NCBI GenBank assembly: GCA_003222115.1
Contig: QHUL01000060.1
Location: forward strand, 2,351 to 66,350
Origin: Gemmatimonadota bacterium
Lineage (GTDB): Bacteria > Gemmatimonadota > Gemmatimonadetes > Gemmatimonadales > GWC2-71-9
DNA: 64,000 bases
Reading direction: 5' to 3'
The translations under genes were made by a program, and so were the position numbers. The notes under the pieces are model-generated. The model was not told where the DNA came from. It saw only the letters and a list, made by a program, of their open reading frames with translations, and made no database searches. Shown piece after piece: positions 31,849 through 42,058 of this stretch; positions within the stretch are counted from its first letter, which is position 1, and every line of letters starts with the position of its first letter.

Positions 31849-32741
31849 CGGAACAAGGCCTCCACGCCCATGCGATACGATGCGCCGACGCCGGCGACGC
31901 CGGGGTTCTCGGCCAGCGTGAGACGGTAGCGACCGATCACGAGCCCCAGCCCAGCCACGAAGCGCCAGCGGGCCCCGCTGTAGCTCCCCTCGCGCACCAG
32001 GAGCAGATCGGTGGCAAAGAGGTCGCCCAGCGCGAAACCCGCGCCGAACTGGTGGTCCTGGGTGAAGCCGCGCGTCAACGTAATCCCGTAGCGACCGTGC
32101 ACCGAGGCCGCGGCGCCGCCCCGCCACGGCGCACCGCGCCACACGCAGTAGTCGATTCCGGCCGAGAGGTCCTGGGCGGCGTCGCTCGCGGCGAAGCGCG
32201 AGAAGGAGCGGGTCGCGAACGCCACGGTGAGCGTCCCCGTGACGCCGTACCGCACGCCCACGTCGAGGGTCCAGCGATTGGAATCCTCGAGGTCGAGCGT
32301 CGTGGTGCGGTACGCGAATGTGGCCCCGAGCGCGCTGGCGCCGCGGGTGGCGCTCCAGCTGGCACCGACGGTCTGCGTGTAGAAGGGAATCGAGCCACCG
32401 TCCGGATCCGGACTGAGGGACGTGGGCACCAAGTCGCTGATGCTCATCCTGCCGTACACGATGCCGACGCGCCCCACGGGACTCACCCGGGCGCGCGCCG
32501 TGAACAGCACGCCGCTCGCTCCCACGGCCGACGGCGTGTTCACGACCTCGAGCCCGAAGGCCGCCCGTTCCCCCGTCGCCGGTTGGGCCGGGTTCCAAAA
32601 GCCGGCGGCACCTCCCGTCGCGAGTGCCGGCGGCTGGGCGAGCGTCGTGGCGGCTAACCGCCACAGCTCGGCGCCCGCTCCCTCCTGACCGAGAAGGGCC
32701 GCCGGGGCGAGCACGCCGAGCAGCAAGGGAACGCGTGGCAT
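31845..32741 (-). CDS. Exported hypothetical protein, possible outer-membrane beta-barrel (PorV-like)
   Basis: Signal peptide; FWNPA motif near the N-terminus; alternating beta-strand pattern with a C-terminal aromatic residue. Confidence 0.5.
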   Translation of the reverse strand: MPRVPLLLGVLAPAALLGQEGAGAELWRLAATTLAQPPALATGGAAGFWNPAQPATGERAAFGLEVVNTPSAVGASGVLFTARARVSPVGRVGIVYGRMSISDLVPTSLSPDPDGGSIPFYTQTVGASWSATRGASALGATFAYRTTTLDLEDSNRWTLDVGVRYGVTGTLTVAFATRSFSRFAASDAAQDLSAGIDYCVWRGAPWRGGAAASVHGRYGITLTRGFTQDHQFGAGFALGDLFATDLLLVREGSYSGARWRFVAGLGLVIGRYRLTLAENPGVAGVGASYRMGVEALFR

Positions 32742-32790
32742 TCGGTCACCAACCTAACTATCTTCAAGCGTTTAGGACACTTGAGCCAAC

Positions 32791-33303
32791 GTGCGCCTTT
32801 CCGAGCTGTTGTCACCCAGTCGCATCCGGGTACCCCTCAAGGCTGGCGACAAGGAGGGGATCCTGCGGGAATTGGTGGGACTGATGCTTGCCGGAAACGG
32901 GGGTGCGGCGGGGGGCGCGGGGGGCGCGCGGGCAGGCGGGGGTGGAGGGGTAAGTGCGGCGCAGGCCGACGAGATTCTGGGGGCGATCCTCGAACGCGAG
33001 CGCCAGTTCCCGACCGGGATCGGTTATGGGGTGGCGGTGCCGCACGGCCGCTGTCCCGCATTGTCCGGCCTCGTGGTGGTGGCCGGCACGACGCCAGCCC
33101 CGATTCCCTACGAGACGATCGACGGAGAGCCCGTGCGCCTGTTCTTCTTGCTCGCCGGCCCAGAGTCCCATGCCGGCGTTCACGTGAAGGCTCTGAGCCG
33201 GATCTCGCGCCTGGTGCGGCGCGAACCGGTGCGGGGGCGGCTGCTCGCCGCCCGGACGGCCGAGGAGTTTCACCGCGCGCTGGTGGAGGCGGAAGTCGCG
33301 TGA
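32791..33303 (+). CDS. PTS IIA component (PtsN/fructose-mannitol family)
   Basis: ERERQFPTGIGYGVAVPH phospho-His motif, DGEPVRLFFLL, HVKALSRISR; Gly-rich insertion. Confidence 0.9.
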   Translation: MRLSELLSPSRIRVPLKAGDKEGILRELVGLMLAGNGGAAGGAGGARAGGGGGVSAAQADEILGAILERERQFPTGIGYGVAVPHGRCPALSGLVVVAGTTPAPIPYETIDGEPVRLFFLLAGPESHAGVHVKALSRISRLVRREPVRGRLLAARTAEEFHRALVEAEVA

Positions 33304-35072
33304 CCCCGAGCCGGACGGGGTGGCGCACACATCGCTGCGGCGAGCTACGCGCGACGCATGCGGGGCAGCGCGTGCGGCTCGGCGGCTGGGTGCACCGGCG
33401 GCGCGACCTGGGGGGCCTCGTGTTCGTGGACCTGCGCGACCGGGCGGGGCTCGTGCAGGTGGCCTTCGGGCCCGGGTGGTCGCCGCCCGAGGTGCTGGCG
33501 CGAGCAGGCGGGCTCGGCAGCGAGACAGTCGTCGTCGTGGCAGGAGACGTGGTGGCACGCCCGCCCGACATGCGCAACGCGGACCTCGCGACCGGCGACG
33601 TCGAGGTGCATGCGGCCGAGCTCGAGATCCTGGGGCCCGCCGCGACGCCCGCGATTCCCGTCGCGCGCGCCAAAGGAGAGGAGCTGCCCGCGGAAGAGCT
33701 GCGCCTCAAGTACCGCCACCTCGACCTGCGACGTCCCGAGATGCAGGCGAACCTGGTGTTGCGCCACCGCTTGCTGCAGCGCGCTCGCAAGACCCTCTCC
33801 GACCTCGAGTTCCTGGAGATCGAGACGCCCATCCTGACGAAGCCCACGCCCGAAGGGGCCCGGGACTATCTCGTGCCCTCGCGGCTGCATGCGGGCGAGT
33901 TCTACGCGCTCCCGCAATCGCCCCAGATCTACAAACAGCTGCTGATGGTGTGCGGATTCGACCGCTACTTTCAGATCGCGCGCTGCTTCCGGGACGAGGA
34001 TCTGCGCTACGACCGCCAGCCCGAGTTCACGCAGATCGACCTCGAGGCGTCGTTCGTCGGACAGGAGGACGTGCTCGGGTTCGTGGAGGCGGTGCTCGCG
34101 GCGCTATGGGACGAGGGGGGGCACGCGATCGGGCGGCCCTTCCCGCGACTGACGCATCGTGAAGCGATGGAGCGCTATGGCACGGACAAGCCCGACCAGC
34201 GCTACGACCTGGCGATCGCCGACTGGACGGCGCTGGTCCGGCCGTTGGGGGTGCCGTTCTTTCACTCCGCCGTGAAGGACGGCTCCCGGGTGCGCGGGCT
34301 CGCCGTGAAAGGGGGAGGCGCGCTGTCGCGGAAGGACGTGGATCAGCTCGCCGCGGTGACGAAGCAGTTGGGCGGCGCCGGGCTCGCGTGGGTGAAGCGC
34401 CAGGGCGAGCAGATCTCGGGCTCGGTCGGGAAGCATTTCACGGCCGAGACGCTCGGCCGCCTCGGGGTCGGCGACGGGGACGTGGCGCTGATGACGGTGG
34501 GCCCCGACCGCATCACCTCGCCCGTACTCGACAAGGTGCGCCAGGAGGTGATCCGCCGGCTCGCGCCCCGACCGGAGACGGCGCACGCGTTCTGCTGGGT
34601 GGTGGACTTCCCGTTGTTCGAGCTTGACCCCGAAACGGGGCGACCCGTGTTCGCGCATCACCCGTTCACGTCGCCGCACCCGGAGGATGTCGCCAAGCTC
34701 GAGGCCGACCCACTGGCCTGCCGGGCGCTGCACTACGACGCGGTCTACAACGGCCACGAGCTGGGCTCCGGCTCGATTCGCATCACGGACCCCGCCGTGC
34801 AGCGTCGCGTGTTCGGGCACCTGGGCCTGACGCCGCAAGAGGCGGAGGCGCGGTTCGGCTTCCTGCTCGCGGCGCTCGCCGCCGGTGCGCCGCCGCACGG
34901 CGGCTTCGCGATCGGCTTCGATCGGGTGGCGATGCTGCTCGCCGGCGCGGCCTCGCTGCGCGACGTGATCGCCTTCCCGAAGACGACCGCCGCGCGCGCC
35001 CTGTTCGAGGGCGCGCCGGCCTCCGCCGCTCCGGCGGACCTGGCCACGCTGCACATCGAGGTGAAGCGATGA
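33300..35072 (+). CDS. aspS: Aspartate--tRNA ligase
   Basis: RTHRCGEL, FVDLRDR, TPEGARDYLVPSR, LPQSPQ, CFRDEDLR, PPHGG, VIAFPKT. Confidence 0.97.
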   Translation: MTPSRTGWRTHRCGELRATHAGQRVRLGGWVHRRRDLGGLVFVDLRDRAGLVQVAFGPGWSPPEVLARAGGLGSETVVVVAGDVVARPPDMRNADLATGDVEVHAAELEILGPAATPAIPVARAKGEELPAEELRLKYRHLDLRRPEMQANLVLRHRLLQRARKTLSDLEFLEIETPILTKPTPEGARDYLVPSRLHAGEFYALPQSPQIYKQLLMVCGFDRYFQIARCFRDEDLRYDRQPEFTQIDLEASFVGQEDVLGFVEAVLAALWDEGGHAIGRPFPRLTHREAMERYGTDKPDQRYDLAIADWTALVRPLGVPFFHSAVKDGSRVRGLAVKGGGALSRKDVDQLAAVTKQLGGAGLAWVKRQGEQISGSVGKHFTAETLGRLGVGDGDVALMTVGPDRITSPVLDKVRQEVIRRLAPRPETAHAFCWVVDFPLFELDPETGRPVFAHHPFTSPHPEDVAKLEADPLACRALHYDAVYNGHELGSGSIRITDPAVQRRVFGHLGLTPQEAEARFGFLLAALAAGAPPHGGFAIGFDRVAMLLAGAASLRDVIAFPKTTAARALFEGAPASAAPADLATLHIEVKR

Positions 35073-36025
35073 GCGACGACGTCACGCACCGCGTCTCGGC
35101 CGAAGGCGTCGATCCCCTCGCCCTCGCCGGGGTCAACGACGGCAACCTGATCGAGCTCGCCAAGCTCCTCGGCGTGCGGGTGTCGCTGCGCGGGGACACG
35201 CTTACCCTGCAGGGAGCCGTGACGGCCGTGGAGCGCGCGGCGCAGGTGGCAGAAGCGCTGGTCGACCTGGCCCGCATGGGGGACCAGCTGGAGGTCACGG
35301 ACGTGGAGCGTGTCGTCGGTGAAGGAGCGCGCGGCACGCTGGGGGCGCCCGCGACGGGCGAGTACAAGATCATCCTGCCCGGGCTGCGGCGCGTGATCCA
35401 GGCGAAGACGCCCGGGCAGCGGGAGTACCTCCAGGCGATCGCCCAGCACGACATCGTGGTCGGGATCGGGCCCGCGGGCACGGGCAAGACCTACCTGGCG
35501 GTCGCCGCCGCGGTGGACGCGCTGTCCCGCAAGCGGGTGCGCCGCATCGTGCTCGCGCGGCCGGCGGTCGAAGCGGGGGAGAGCCTGGGCTTCCTGCCCG
35601 GCGACCTGCAGGAGAAGGTGGACCCCTACCTGCGGCCCCTGTATGACGCCCTCGAGGACATGATGCCGCGCGACCGCGTCCAGAAGGCGATCGACGGCCG
35701 CGTCATCGAGATCGCGCCGCTCGCCTATATGCGGGGCCGGACGCTGGGCGACGCATTCGTGATTCTGGACGAGGCGCAGAACGCCACCGGGATGCAGATG
35801 AAGATGTTCCTCACGCGCCTGGGTGTGAACTCCCGCGCGGTGATCACCGGCGACAAGACGCAGATCGACCTGTCCAACCGCGAGGACTCGGGGCTGCTGC
35901 AGATCGAGCGCATCCTCCCCGGCATCGAGGGGGTGGCCTTCTGCTACCTCACGGAGACGGACGTCGTGCGCCACCGGCTGGTGCGCGACATTATCCGCGC
36001 CTACGCCGAGGACGCTCAGGGCTGA
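35069..36025 (+). CDS. phoH: PhoH-family ATPase (YbeZ type)
   Basis: GPAGTGKT, RPAVEAGESLGFLPGDL, PLAYMRGRTL, DEAQN, GDKTQIDL. Confidence 0.93.
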   Translation: MSDDVTHRVSAEGVDPLALAGVNDGNLIELAKLLGVRVSLRGDTLTLQGAVTAVERAAQVAEALVDLARMGDQLEVTDVERVVGEGARGTLGAPATGEYKIILPGLRRVIQAKTPGQREYLQAIAQHDIVVGIGPAGTGKTYLAVAAAVDALSRKRVRRIVLARPAVEAGESLGFLPGDLQEKVDPYLRPLYDALEDMMPRDRVQKAIDGRVIEIAPLAYMRGRTLGDAFVILDEAQNATGMQMKMFLTRLGVNSRAVITGDKTQIDLSNREDSGLLQIERILPGIEGVAFCYLTETDVVRHRLVRDIIRAYAEDAQG

Positions 36026-36026
36026 G

Positions 36027-38201
36027 ATGAACCTCCCGACGAAGGATCAGGTGCGCTATCACGGCGAGCGCTGGGCGTGGGTGCTCGGCCTCGCCCTCCT
36101 CGCCTACCTCGCGTTCCCCTCGAGCGCCGGCGAAGCGGCACCGCTGCTCGAGACCGGCAAGTTCGCGGACCGCGACCTGATCGCGCCGTTCACGTTCGCG
36201 GTCAGCAAGTCGGACGAGGAGCTGGCCCGCGAGGCGGAAGAGTTGGCGGCCACGGTCAAGCCGATCTACGAGTTTCAGCCCCGGGGACTCGACAGCGCGC
36301 GCCTGGCGGTCCACACCTTCTTCGCGACCGTGGACGCCGCGGCGGACAGGGGCCCGCAGGCGATCATCCAGGCAGCGCGGGAGCAAGGGGTGACGCTCAC
36401 GCTGGGCGAGGCCGCGTATCTGTCGAAGGGCGGCAAGCGGCGCAACCTCGAGAAGGCCCTCGACGAGCTGATCGAGCGCACGCTGGCGCTCGGCGCCACG
36501 GGCCCGGGCGTGCTGCAGGTGGAGCAGGCCCAGGAGCTGATCATCCGCCGGCGGTCCGGTGAGACGTCGGTGCCGCGCGAACAGGTGATGTCCTACGCGC
36601 TGTACCTGACGCGCGCGCGCACCGTGCATCCGGACAAGGGATCGAGCGTCGGCGACGCCGTGTACCTGAAGCTGGCCGGTCACTTCTTCCGGCCCACGCT
36701 CGTGCCGAATGCGCCGGAGACCGAACGGCGGCGCGACGAGCTGCGCAAGAGCGTGGATCCGAGCAAGTACATCGTCCGCGCCGGTGACCGCATCGTCGGG
36801 GCGCACGAGGTCGTGACGAGCGAAGCGCACGAGAAGCTCGTGGCGCTGCGCAACGATCTCGTGCGGCGCGGCGCGGCGACCGGCCGCTCGGTCGGGGGCT
36901 TGCTCGGCTCCCTGCTGCGCGACGGGCTGGTGCTCTCGATCTTCTGGGTGCTGATGCTGTTCTACCGCCGGGAGACGTACCGCGAGCGCCGCCAGATCAC
37001 CCTCATCGGCTGCCTGTTCGCGATCGTGATCGCCGGCGCGGCCGCCGTGTCGCGGACGCTGCCGCAGCATCCCGAGCTGGTGCCGCTCCCGTTCCTCGCC
37101 ATGCTGCTGACGGTGCTCTTCAACGGCCGCGTCTCGATGATCGCGGCCCTGATCCTGTCGGTGGTGATCGCCTTGCAGCCGGTCTACCACGACACCCCGG
37201 CGCTGTTTCTCTGCGTGGTGGGCGGCGTGACCGCGGCGCTCTCGGTGAAGAGCCTGCGGCGGCGCAGCCACCTCTACGCCGCCGTGCTGGTGGTCGGCGC
37301 CGGCTACCTGCTCGGGGCGCTGGCGCTCGGTCTCGCGGGGGCGTGGACGGCGGCAACCATCGGCCGGGGCGCGCTCGCCGGCATCGCGAACGGCCTCGTC
37401 TCCGCGTCGCTCACGATCCTGCTGCTGCCGCTCGCGGAGGCGCTCACGCAGATCACGACCGACCTGACCCTGCTCGAGCTCTCCGACCCGAGCCGGCCCC
37501 TGTTGCGGCGGCTGTCGCTCGAGGCGCCGGGCACCTACGCGCACAGCATCGCGATGGCGAACCTGGTCGAGGCGGCCTGCAACCGCGTCGGCGGCAACGG
37601 CCTGCTCGGCCGCGTGGGGTGCTACTACCACGACATCGGGAAGGTGAAGAACCCGCAGTACTTCGTGGAGAACCAGACGCGCGGCAACAATCCGCACGAC
37701 CGCCTCAAGGCGTTCCAGTCGGCGCAGATCATCAAGGCCCACGTGACCGACGGCCTGCATCTGGCCGCCGAGGCGGGGCTGCCGGATGCGGTGGCCGCGT
37801 TCATCCCCGAGCACCATGGCACGACGGAGATCACCTACTTCCTCGACCGGGCCAAGAAGAGCGGGGACGGCGGCGGCTTGAAGACGTCTGATTACACCTA
37901 CCCGGGCCCCAAGCCGCGCTCCACGGAGACCGCCGTCACGATGCTGGCCGACTCGGTGGAAGCGGCGCTCCGCGTGCTCGAGGATCTCACGCCGACCAAG
38001 ATCGAGGAAGTGATCAACCACATCGTGCGGACCAAAATCAGCCAGGGGCAGCTCGACGAGGCTCCGATGACGCTGCAACAGCTCGAGCAGGTGAAGCAGG
38101 AGTTCGTCCGCATCATCACCGGGATGTACCACAACCGCATCGAGTATCCGGAATCCAGTGGCGGCATCACGGCGACGTGGCAGCCGGCGGCCAAGACTTG
38201 A
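36027..38201 (+). CDS. 7TM-HDIG metal-dependent phosphohydrolase (PgpH-like)
   Basis: Extracellular domain and multiple TMs; LLELSD...PLLRRL..EAPGTYAHS, YYHDIGK, FVENQ, HHGT, YPGPKP, MLADSVEAA. Confidence 0.9.
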   Translation: MNLPTKDQVRYHGERWAWVLGLALLAYLAFPSSAGEAAPLLETGKFADRDLIAPFTFAVSKSDEELAREAEELAATVKPIYEFQPRGLDSARLAVHTFFATVDAAADRGPQAIIQAAREQGVTLTLGEAAYLSKGGKRRNLEKALDELIERTLALGATGPGVLQVEQAQELIIRRRSGETSVPREQVMSYALYLTRARTVHPDKGSSVGDAVYLKLAGHFFRPTLVPNAPETERRRDELRKSVDPSKYIVRAGDRIVGAHEVVTSEAHEKLVALRNDLVRRGAATGRSVGGLLGSLLRDGLVLSIFWVLMLFYRRETYRERRQITLIGCLFAIVIAGAAAVSRTLPQHPELVPLPFLAMLLTVLFNGRVSMIAALILSVVIALQPVYHDTPALFLCVVGGVTAALSVKSLRRRSHLYAAVLVVGAGYLLGALALGLAGAWTAATIGRGALAGIANGLVSASLTILLLPLAEALTQITTDLTLLELSDPSRPLLRRLSLEAPGTYAHSIAMANLVEAACNRVGGNGLLGRVGCYYHDIGKVKNPQYFVENQTRGNNPHDRLKAFQSAQIIKAHVTDGLHLAAEAGLPDAVAAFIPEHHGTTEITYFLDRAKKSGDGGGLKTSDYTYPGPKPRSTETAVTMLADSVEAALRVLEDLTPTKIEEVINHIVRTKISQGQLDEAPMTLQQLEQVKQEFVRIITGMYHNRIEYPESSGGITATWQPAAKT

Positions 38202-38601
38202 GGCCCGCCTGGCCCGGGTCGCCCGTCGCGTGCTGGCCTGGGAAGGCGCCTCGCACGCCCGCGTGGAGCTCACGCTGTTGGGCGGCGCGGCGATGCGGCG
38301 CCTGAACCGGCGGGTCACCGGCCGCCGGGGACTCACCGACGTGATCGCGTTCGCGCTCCCGCAGCCCGACGGGAAGCTCGTCGGCGACGTGTACCTGTGT
38401 CCCGGCGCGGCGCAGCGTTGGGTCAAAGGCCGGGGAAAGGGGAAGGGGGAAGGGGTGGACGAGGAGCTGGTGCGGCTCGCCGTGCACGGCACCCTCCACG
38501 TGCTGGGGTTCGACCATCCCGAGGGGCCGGGCCGCACGCGCTCGGCCATGTGGCGCCGGCAGGAGCGCTACGTCCGCCGGTTGACCGACGGAGCGCGGTG
38601 A
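38158..38601 (+). CDS. ybeY: rRNA maturation endonuclease YbeY
   Basis: MRRLN...TDVIAF, GDVYLC, VHGTLHVLGFDH zinc motif; lies in the usual phoH context. Confidence 0.9.
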   Translation: MAASRRRGSRRPRLEARLARVARRVLAWEGASHARVELTLLGGAAMRRLNRRVTGRRGLTDVIAFALPQPDGKLVGDVYLCPGAAQRWVKGRGKGKGEGVDEELVRLAVHGTLHVLGFDHPEGPGRTRSAMWRRQERYVRRLTDGAR

Positions 38602-39791
38602 TGCTCGGCTCGACGGCGCTGCTCCTGAGCGGGGCGCTGGTCGCCCTGGGCGCCGCGCTCTGGGCCGGCCTCCTGGCCCTGGCCGAGGAGGCAGCCGTGG
38701 GCGAGGCGCTCCACACGCTGGGCGACGCGCCTCCCCAGACCGTGGGTGGTCGCGTCCCGCTGCACCGCGCGCTGCACGTGTCGCGCCTGGCGCTGCTGGT
38801 GCTGGGCGCGGTCGGCGCGTCCCGCGCGCTCGGGTGGTGGCAGCAGCCGTGGGAGCGGAGTCTGCTCGAGCTCGCCGCGGCCGTCGGCTTGCTGTTCGTC
38901 GTGGGGGACGCGCTGCCCCGCAGCATCGCCCGTCTCGCGCCCGAGCTGTCCACCGCCGCGCTGCCGCTCGCGCGCCGCACCCTGGTGCCGTTCGGCCCGC
39001 TGCTGTGGCTCCTCGCCTGGGTGGACAGGGGCCTGCACGCCCTCGTCGCCATCCCGCGGCCGCTCCAGCCGGACCTCGGCGCCGCGCAGCGCGACATGCT
39101 GCTCGGCGTCTTCACGCTCGCCGACACGACCGTGGACGAGGTCATGACGCCGCGGCTCGACATGGTGGCCGTGGACGTGTCCGCCACCAGGGAAGAGCTG
39201 CTCGACACTTTGCGCCAGAGCCAGCACACGCGGCTGCCCGCCTACGACGGAACCCCCGACAACATCGCCGGGGTCGTATACGCCAAGGACCTGGTGCCGT
39301 TCGTGATGGGGCTGGGTGAGGGACGAGACGGCGGCGCGGCCCGCTGGCAGGACCTGGTGCGTCCGGCGCTCTTCGTGCCGGAGACGAAGACTCTCGACAG
39401 CCAGCTCCGCGAGTTCCAGCGCGGGCCGGCCCATCTCGCGATCGTCGTCGACGAGTTCGGCGGCACCTCGGGGCTGATCACCCTGGAGGACATCCTCGAG
39501 GAGATCGTCGGAGAGATCCGCGACGAGCACGACGTGGAAGCTCCGGCCGCGATCCGCCGCGACGGCAGCCGCTTCGTCGTGGACGGGCGGGCCAGCCTCA
39601 ATGACCTGTCGCAGGCCTTGGGGCGGTCCTTCGAGCACCCCGACATCTCGACCGTCGGGGGGTTGATCTACTCGGTGCTCGGGAGAGTGCCGCGCGCCGG
39701 CGAGGAGCTCGTGCTGGACGGGTTCCGCGTCGTGGTGGAGCGGGTGGACCGGCGTCGCGTGACCCGCGTCTCGTTCGAGCCGCAGCCATGA
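38601..39791 (+). CDS. CNNM/CorC-family (hemolysin-like) CBS protein
   Basis: N-terminal TMs, EVMTPRLDM, AIVVDEFGGTSGLITLEDILEEIVGEIRDEHD, CorC_HlyC tail. Confidence 0.88.
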   Translation: MLGSTALLLSGALVALGAALWAGLLALAEEAAVGEALHTLGDAPPQTVGGRVPLHRALHVSRLALLVLGAVGASRALGWWQQPWERSLLELAAAVGLLFVVGDALPRSIARLAPELSTAALPLARRTLVPFGPLLWLLAWVDRGLHALVAIPRPLQPDLGAAQRDMLLGVFTLADTTVDEVMTPRLDMVAVDVSATREELLDTLRQSQHTRLPAYDGTPDNIAGVVYAKDLVPFVMGLGEGRDGGAARWQDLVRPALFVPETKTLDSQLREFQRGPAHLAIVVDEFGGTSGLITLEDILEEIVGEIRDEHDVEAPAAIRRDGSRFVVDGRASLNDLSQALGRSFEHPDISTVGGLIYSVLGRVPRAGEELVLDGFRVVVERVDRRRVTRVSFEPQP

Positions 39792-40993
39792 TCGGCTCGC
39801 TCGCGGTGCTGCTCGTGGGGCTCGGCATCGCCGGCGCCTCGGCCGCGGTGGGCGTCGCGACCGCCGCCGTGAGCCAGGTCGAGCTCACGCGCTGGGTCTC
39901 GTACAAGCTGCGCGGCGCGGGGGCGGCCGCGCGCCTGCTGGAAAACCCGGGCCGGATGCTCGCCACCGCCAACGCCCTCACCACGCTGGGCATCATCTGC
40001 GCCGCCGCCTCGAGCCCGGCCCTGCTCGCCCAGACCACAGCGACGTTCCTCGGCGTGTTCACCGTGACGGTGGGTGTGCCCCTGTTTGTGAGCGCCGCCT
40101 ACCTGGTCCCCCGCGTGGTGGGCCGGCGCTGGGCCGAGCCGATCGTGGCGCACGCGGTGCCGTGGCTGGAGCGCCTGGGGCGGCCCCTCGGGGCCTTCAT
40201 CCCGTGGCGCGATCCCTCGGCGCGCTCCACCCTCGCCGCCGTGCTTTCCAACGCCGACACCGATGCGCTCGCCTCGGCCGACGAGATGGTGGTGGTGTCC
40301 GGCGTGCTCGCCTTCGCGGACCGCCCCGTGAAGGAGCTGATGACGCCGCGGACGGCCATCGTGGCGATCCCCGAGGGTCTCCTCGCCGCGGAGGCGGCCC
40401 ACGTGTGCGCGCAATCGGGCTACAGCCGGTATCCGGTGTATCGCGGATCGCTCGACGATGTGGTGGGCGTCGCCCACGCATTCGACCTGCTGGCCCTCCA
40501 GCCCGACGCGCCCGTCCCCGTCCGCCCGGCCCTGGTCGTGCCCGCGACCACGCGGGCCGCCGACCTGATGCTCGAGATGCGGCGCGGCCGCAGTCATCTC
40601 GCCGTCGTCCTGGACGAGTTCGGCGGGACCGCGGGCGTCGTGACTCTCGAGGACCTGCTGCGCGATCTGGTGGAGGAGATCTTCGGGGATCGCGCGGCGG
40701 CGCCCGCGGCAGCGCCGGCGGCGCCGGCCGGCGTGCTCGAGGTCGAGGCGAATGCGCCCCTGGGCCGGATCGAAGCCGCGTTCGGCGTGGGGCTCGCCAG
40801 CCCCGGCGTCCAGTCGGTGGGGGGACTGCTGATCCAGGCGCTGGGCCGCATCCCCAGGCCGGGGGAGCGGTTCCTGCTGCGGGGATTCGAGTTCGACATT
40901 CTCGCCGCCACGGCGACGCGGGTCGAGCGGGTGGCCGTGCGCCCCGGACCCGTGCGCGCCGTCCCGCTCGACCGCGCGGAGGAGCGCGGGTGA
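39788..40993 (+). CDS. Second CNNM/CorC-family CBS protein
   Basis: TMs, ELMTPRTAI, SGYSRYPVY, AVVLDEFGGTAGVVTLEDLL. Confidence 0.85.
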   Translation: MIGSLAVLLVGLGIAGASAAVGVATAAVSQVELTRWVSYKLRGAGAAARLLENPGRMLATANALTTLGIICAAASSPALLAQTTATFLGVFTVTVGVPLFVSAAYLVPRVVGRRWAEPIVAHAVPWLERLGRPLGAFIPWRDPSARSTLAAVLSNADTDALASADEMVVVSGVLAFADRPVKELMTPRTAIVAIPEGLLAAEAAHVCAQSGYSRYPVYRGSLDDVVGVAHAFDLLALQPDAPVPVRPALVVPATTRAADLMLEMRRGRSHLAVVLDEFGGTAGVVTLEDLLRDLVEEIFGDRAAAPAAAPAAPAGVLEVEANAPLGRIEAAFGVGLASPGVQSVGGLLIQALGRIPRPGERFLLRGFEFDILAATATRVERVAVRPGPVRAVPLDRAEERG

Positions 40994-41014
40994 CTCCTGT
41001 TATAGTTATGGCGC

Positions 41015-42058
41015 ATGGCGATTGACCCCGTCCTCGAGGGCCTCGAGCGCCGCGATCCCGCGGCGCTGGCCCGGGCCATCAGCCTCGTGGAGAACCAGCG
41101 CGACGACTACGAGCGCGTGCTGTCTCACGCCCACGCGCGCCTGGGGCGCGGCGGCACGCGCCGCGTCGGCATCACCGGCCCGCCCGGCGCGGGCAAGAGC
41201 ACCCTCACCGAGCGCCTGATCCAGCACTACCGGGGGCAGGAGCTGCGCGTGGGCGTGATCGCGGTGGACCCGACGAGCCCGTTTACGGGCGGGGCGCTGT
41301 TGGGCGACCGCATCCGCATGGAGTCGGCGAGCCACGACCCGGGCGTGTTCATCCGCTCGATGGCCACGCGGGGGGCGCACGGCGGGCTCGCGACCACGAC
41401 CGAGGAGGTGGCCGACCTGCTCGAGGCCTTCGGCTTCGACCGCATCCTCATCGAGACCGTCGGAGTCGGACAGACGGAGCTCGACGTCGCCCGCAGCGCC
41501 GAGACGACCGTTCTGGTGCTCGTTCCCGAATCAGGCGATGGCATCCAGACCCTCAAGGCGGGCGTGATGGAGATTGCGGATGTCTATGTCGTCAACAAGA
41601 GCGACCGGCCGGGCGCGGACAAGCTGCGCACGGAAGTCGAGGTGATGCTGGGGATCCGGCGGGGGAACGCCTTCCGCCACATCTCCCCCCACCACCGGTC
41701 GGACAGTCGGACCGTCGGATCGTCGGACCGAAAGCCCGTACCGTCCGACGCCTGGGAGCCTCCCGTCATCGCGGCGATCGCGTCGCGTGGTGAGGGCGTG
41801 GCCGAGTTGACGCACGCGCTGGACCGGCACCACCGCCATCTCGAGGCGAGCGGCCGCCTCGCGGCCGGGCGGCGGGAGCGCCTGGTGCAACGGACGCGGG
41901 CGGCGCTGGAGCGCGGGATGCGACAGTGGATCGCGGCGACCGCACAGGCGGAGGAGCTGCTGGCGCGGCGCCTGGACGACCTCGTGGACGGTCGCCGCAG
42001 CCCCTATGACGTGGCGGCGGAAATCCTCGACCAGCTGAAGACCGGAGCGGGGCGATGA
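41015..42058 (+). CDS. meaB: MeaB/ArgK GTPase chaperone of B12 mutases
   Basis: [43 protein letters not shown]. Confidence 0.94.
   Translation: MAIDPVLEGLERRDPAALARAISLVENQRDDYERVLSHAHARLGRGGTRRVGITGPPGAGKSTLTERLIQHYRGQELRVGVIAVDPTSPFTGGALLGDRIRMESASHDPGVFIRSMATRGAHGGLATTTEEVADLLEAFGFDRILIETVGVGQTELDVARSAETTVLVLVPESGDGIQTLKAGVMEIADVYVVNKSDRPGADKLRTEVEVMLGIRRGNAFRHISPHHRSDSRTVGSSDRKPVPSDAWEPPVIAAIASRGEGVAELTHALDRHHRHLEASGRLAAGRRERLVQRTRAALERGMRQWIAATAQAEELLARRLDDLVDGRRSPYDVAAEILDQLKTGAGR
41698..41749. repeat. Four tandem octamers GTCGGAYN plus one inverted copy inside meaB
   Basis: gtcggaca gtcggacc gtcggatc gtcggacc ... gtccgac; encodes [17 protein letters not shown]. Confidence 0.8.
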
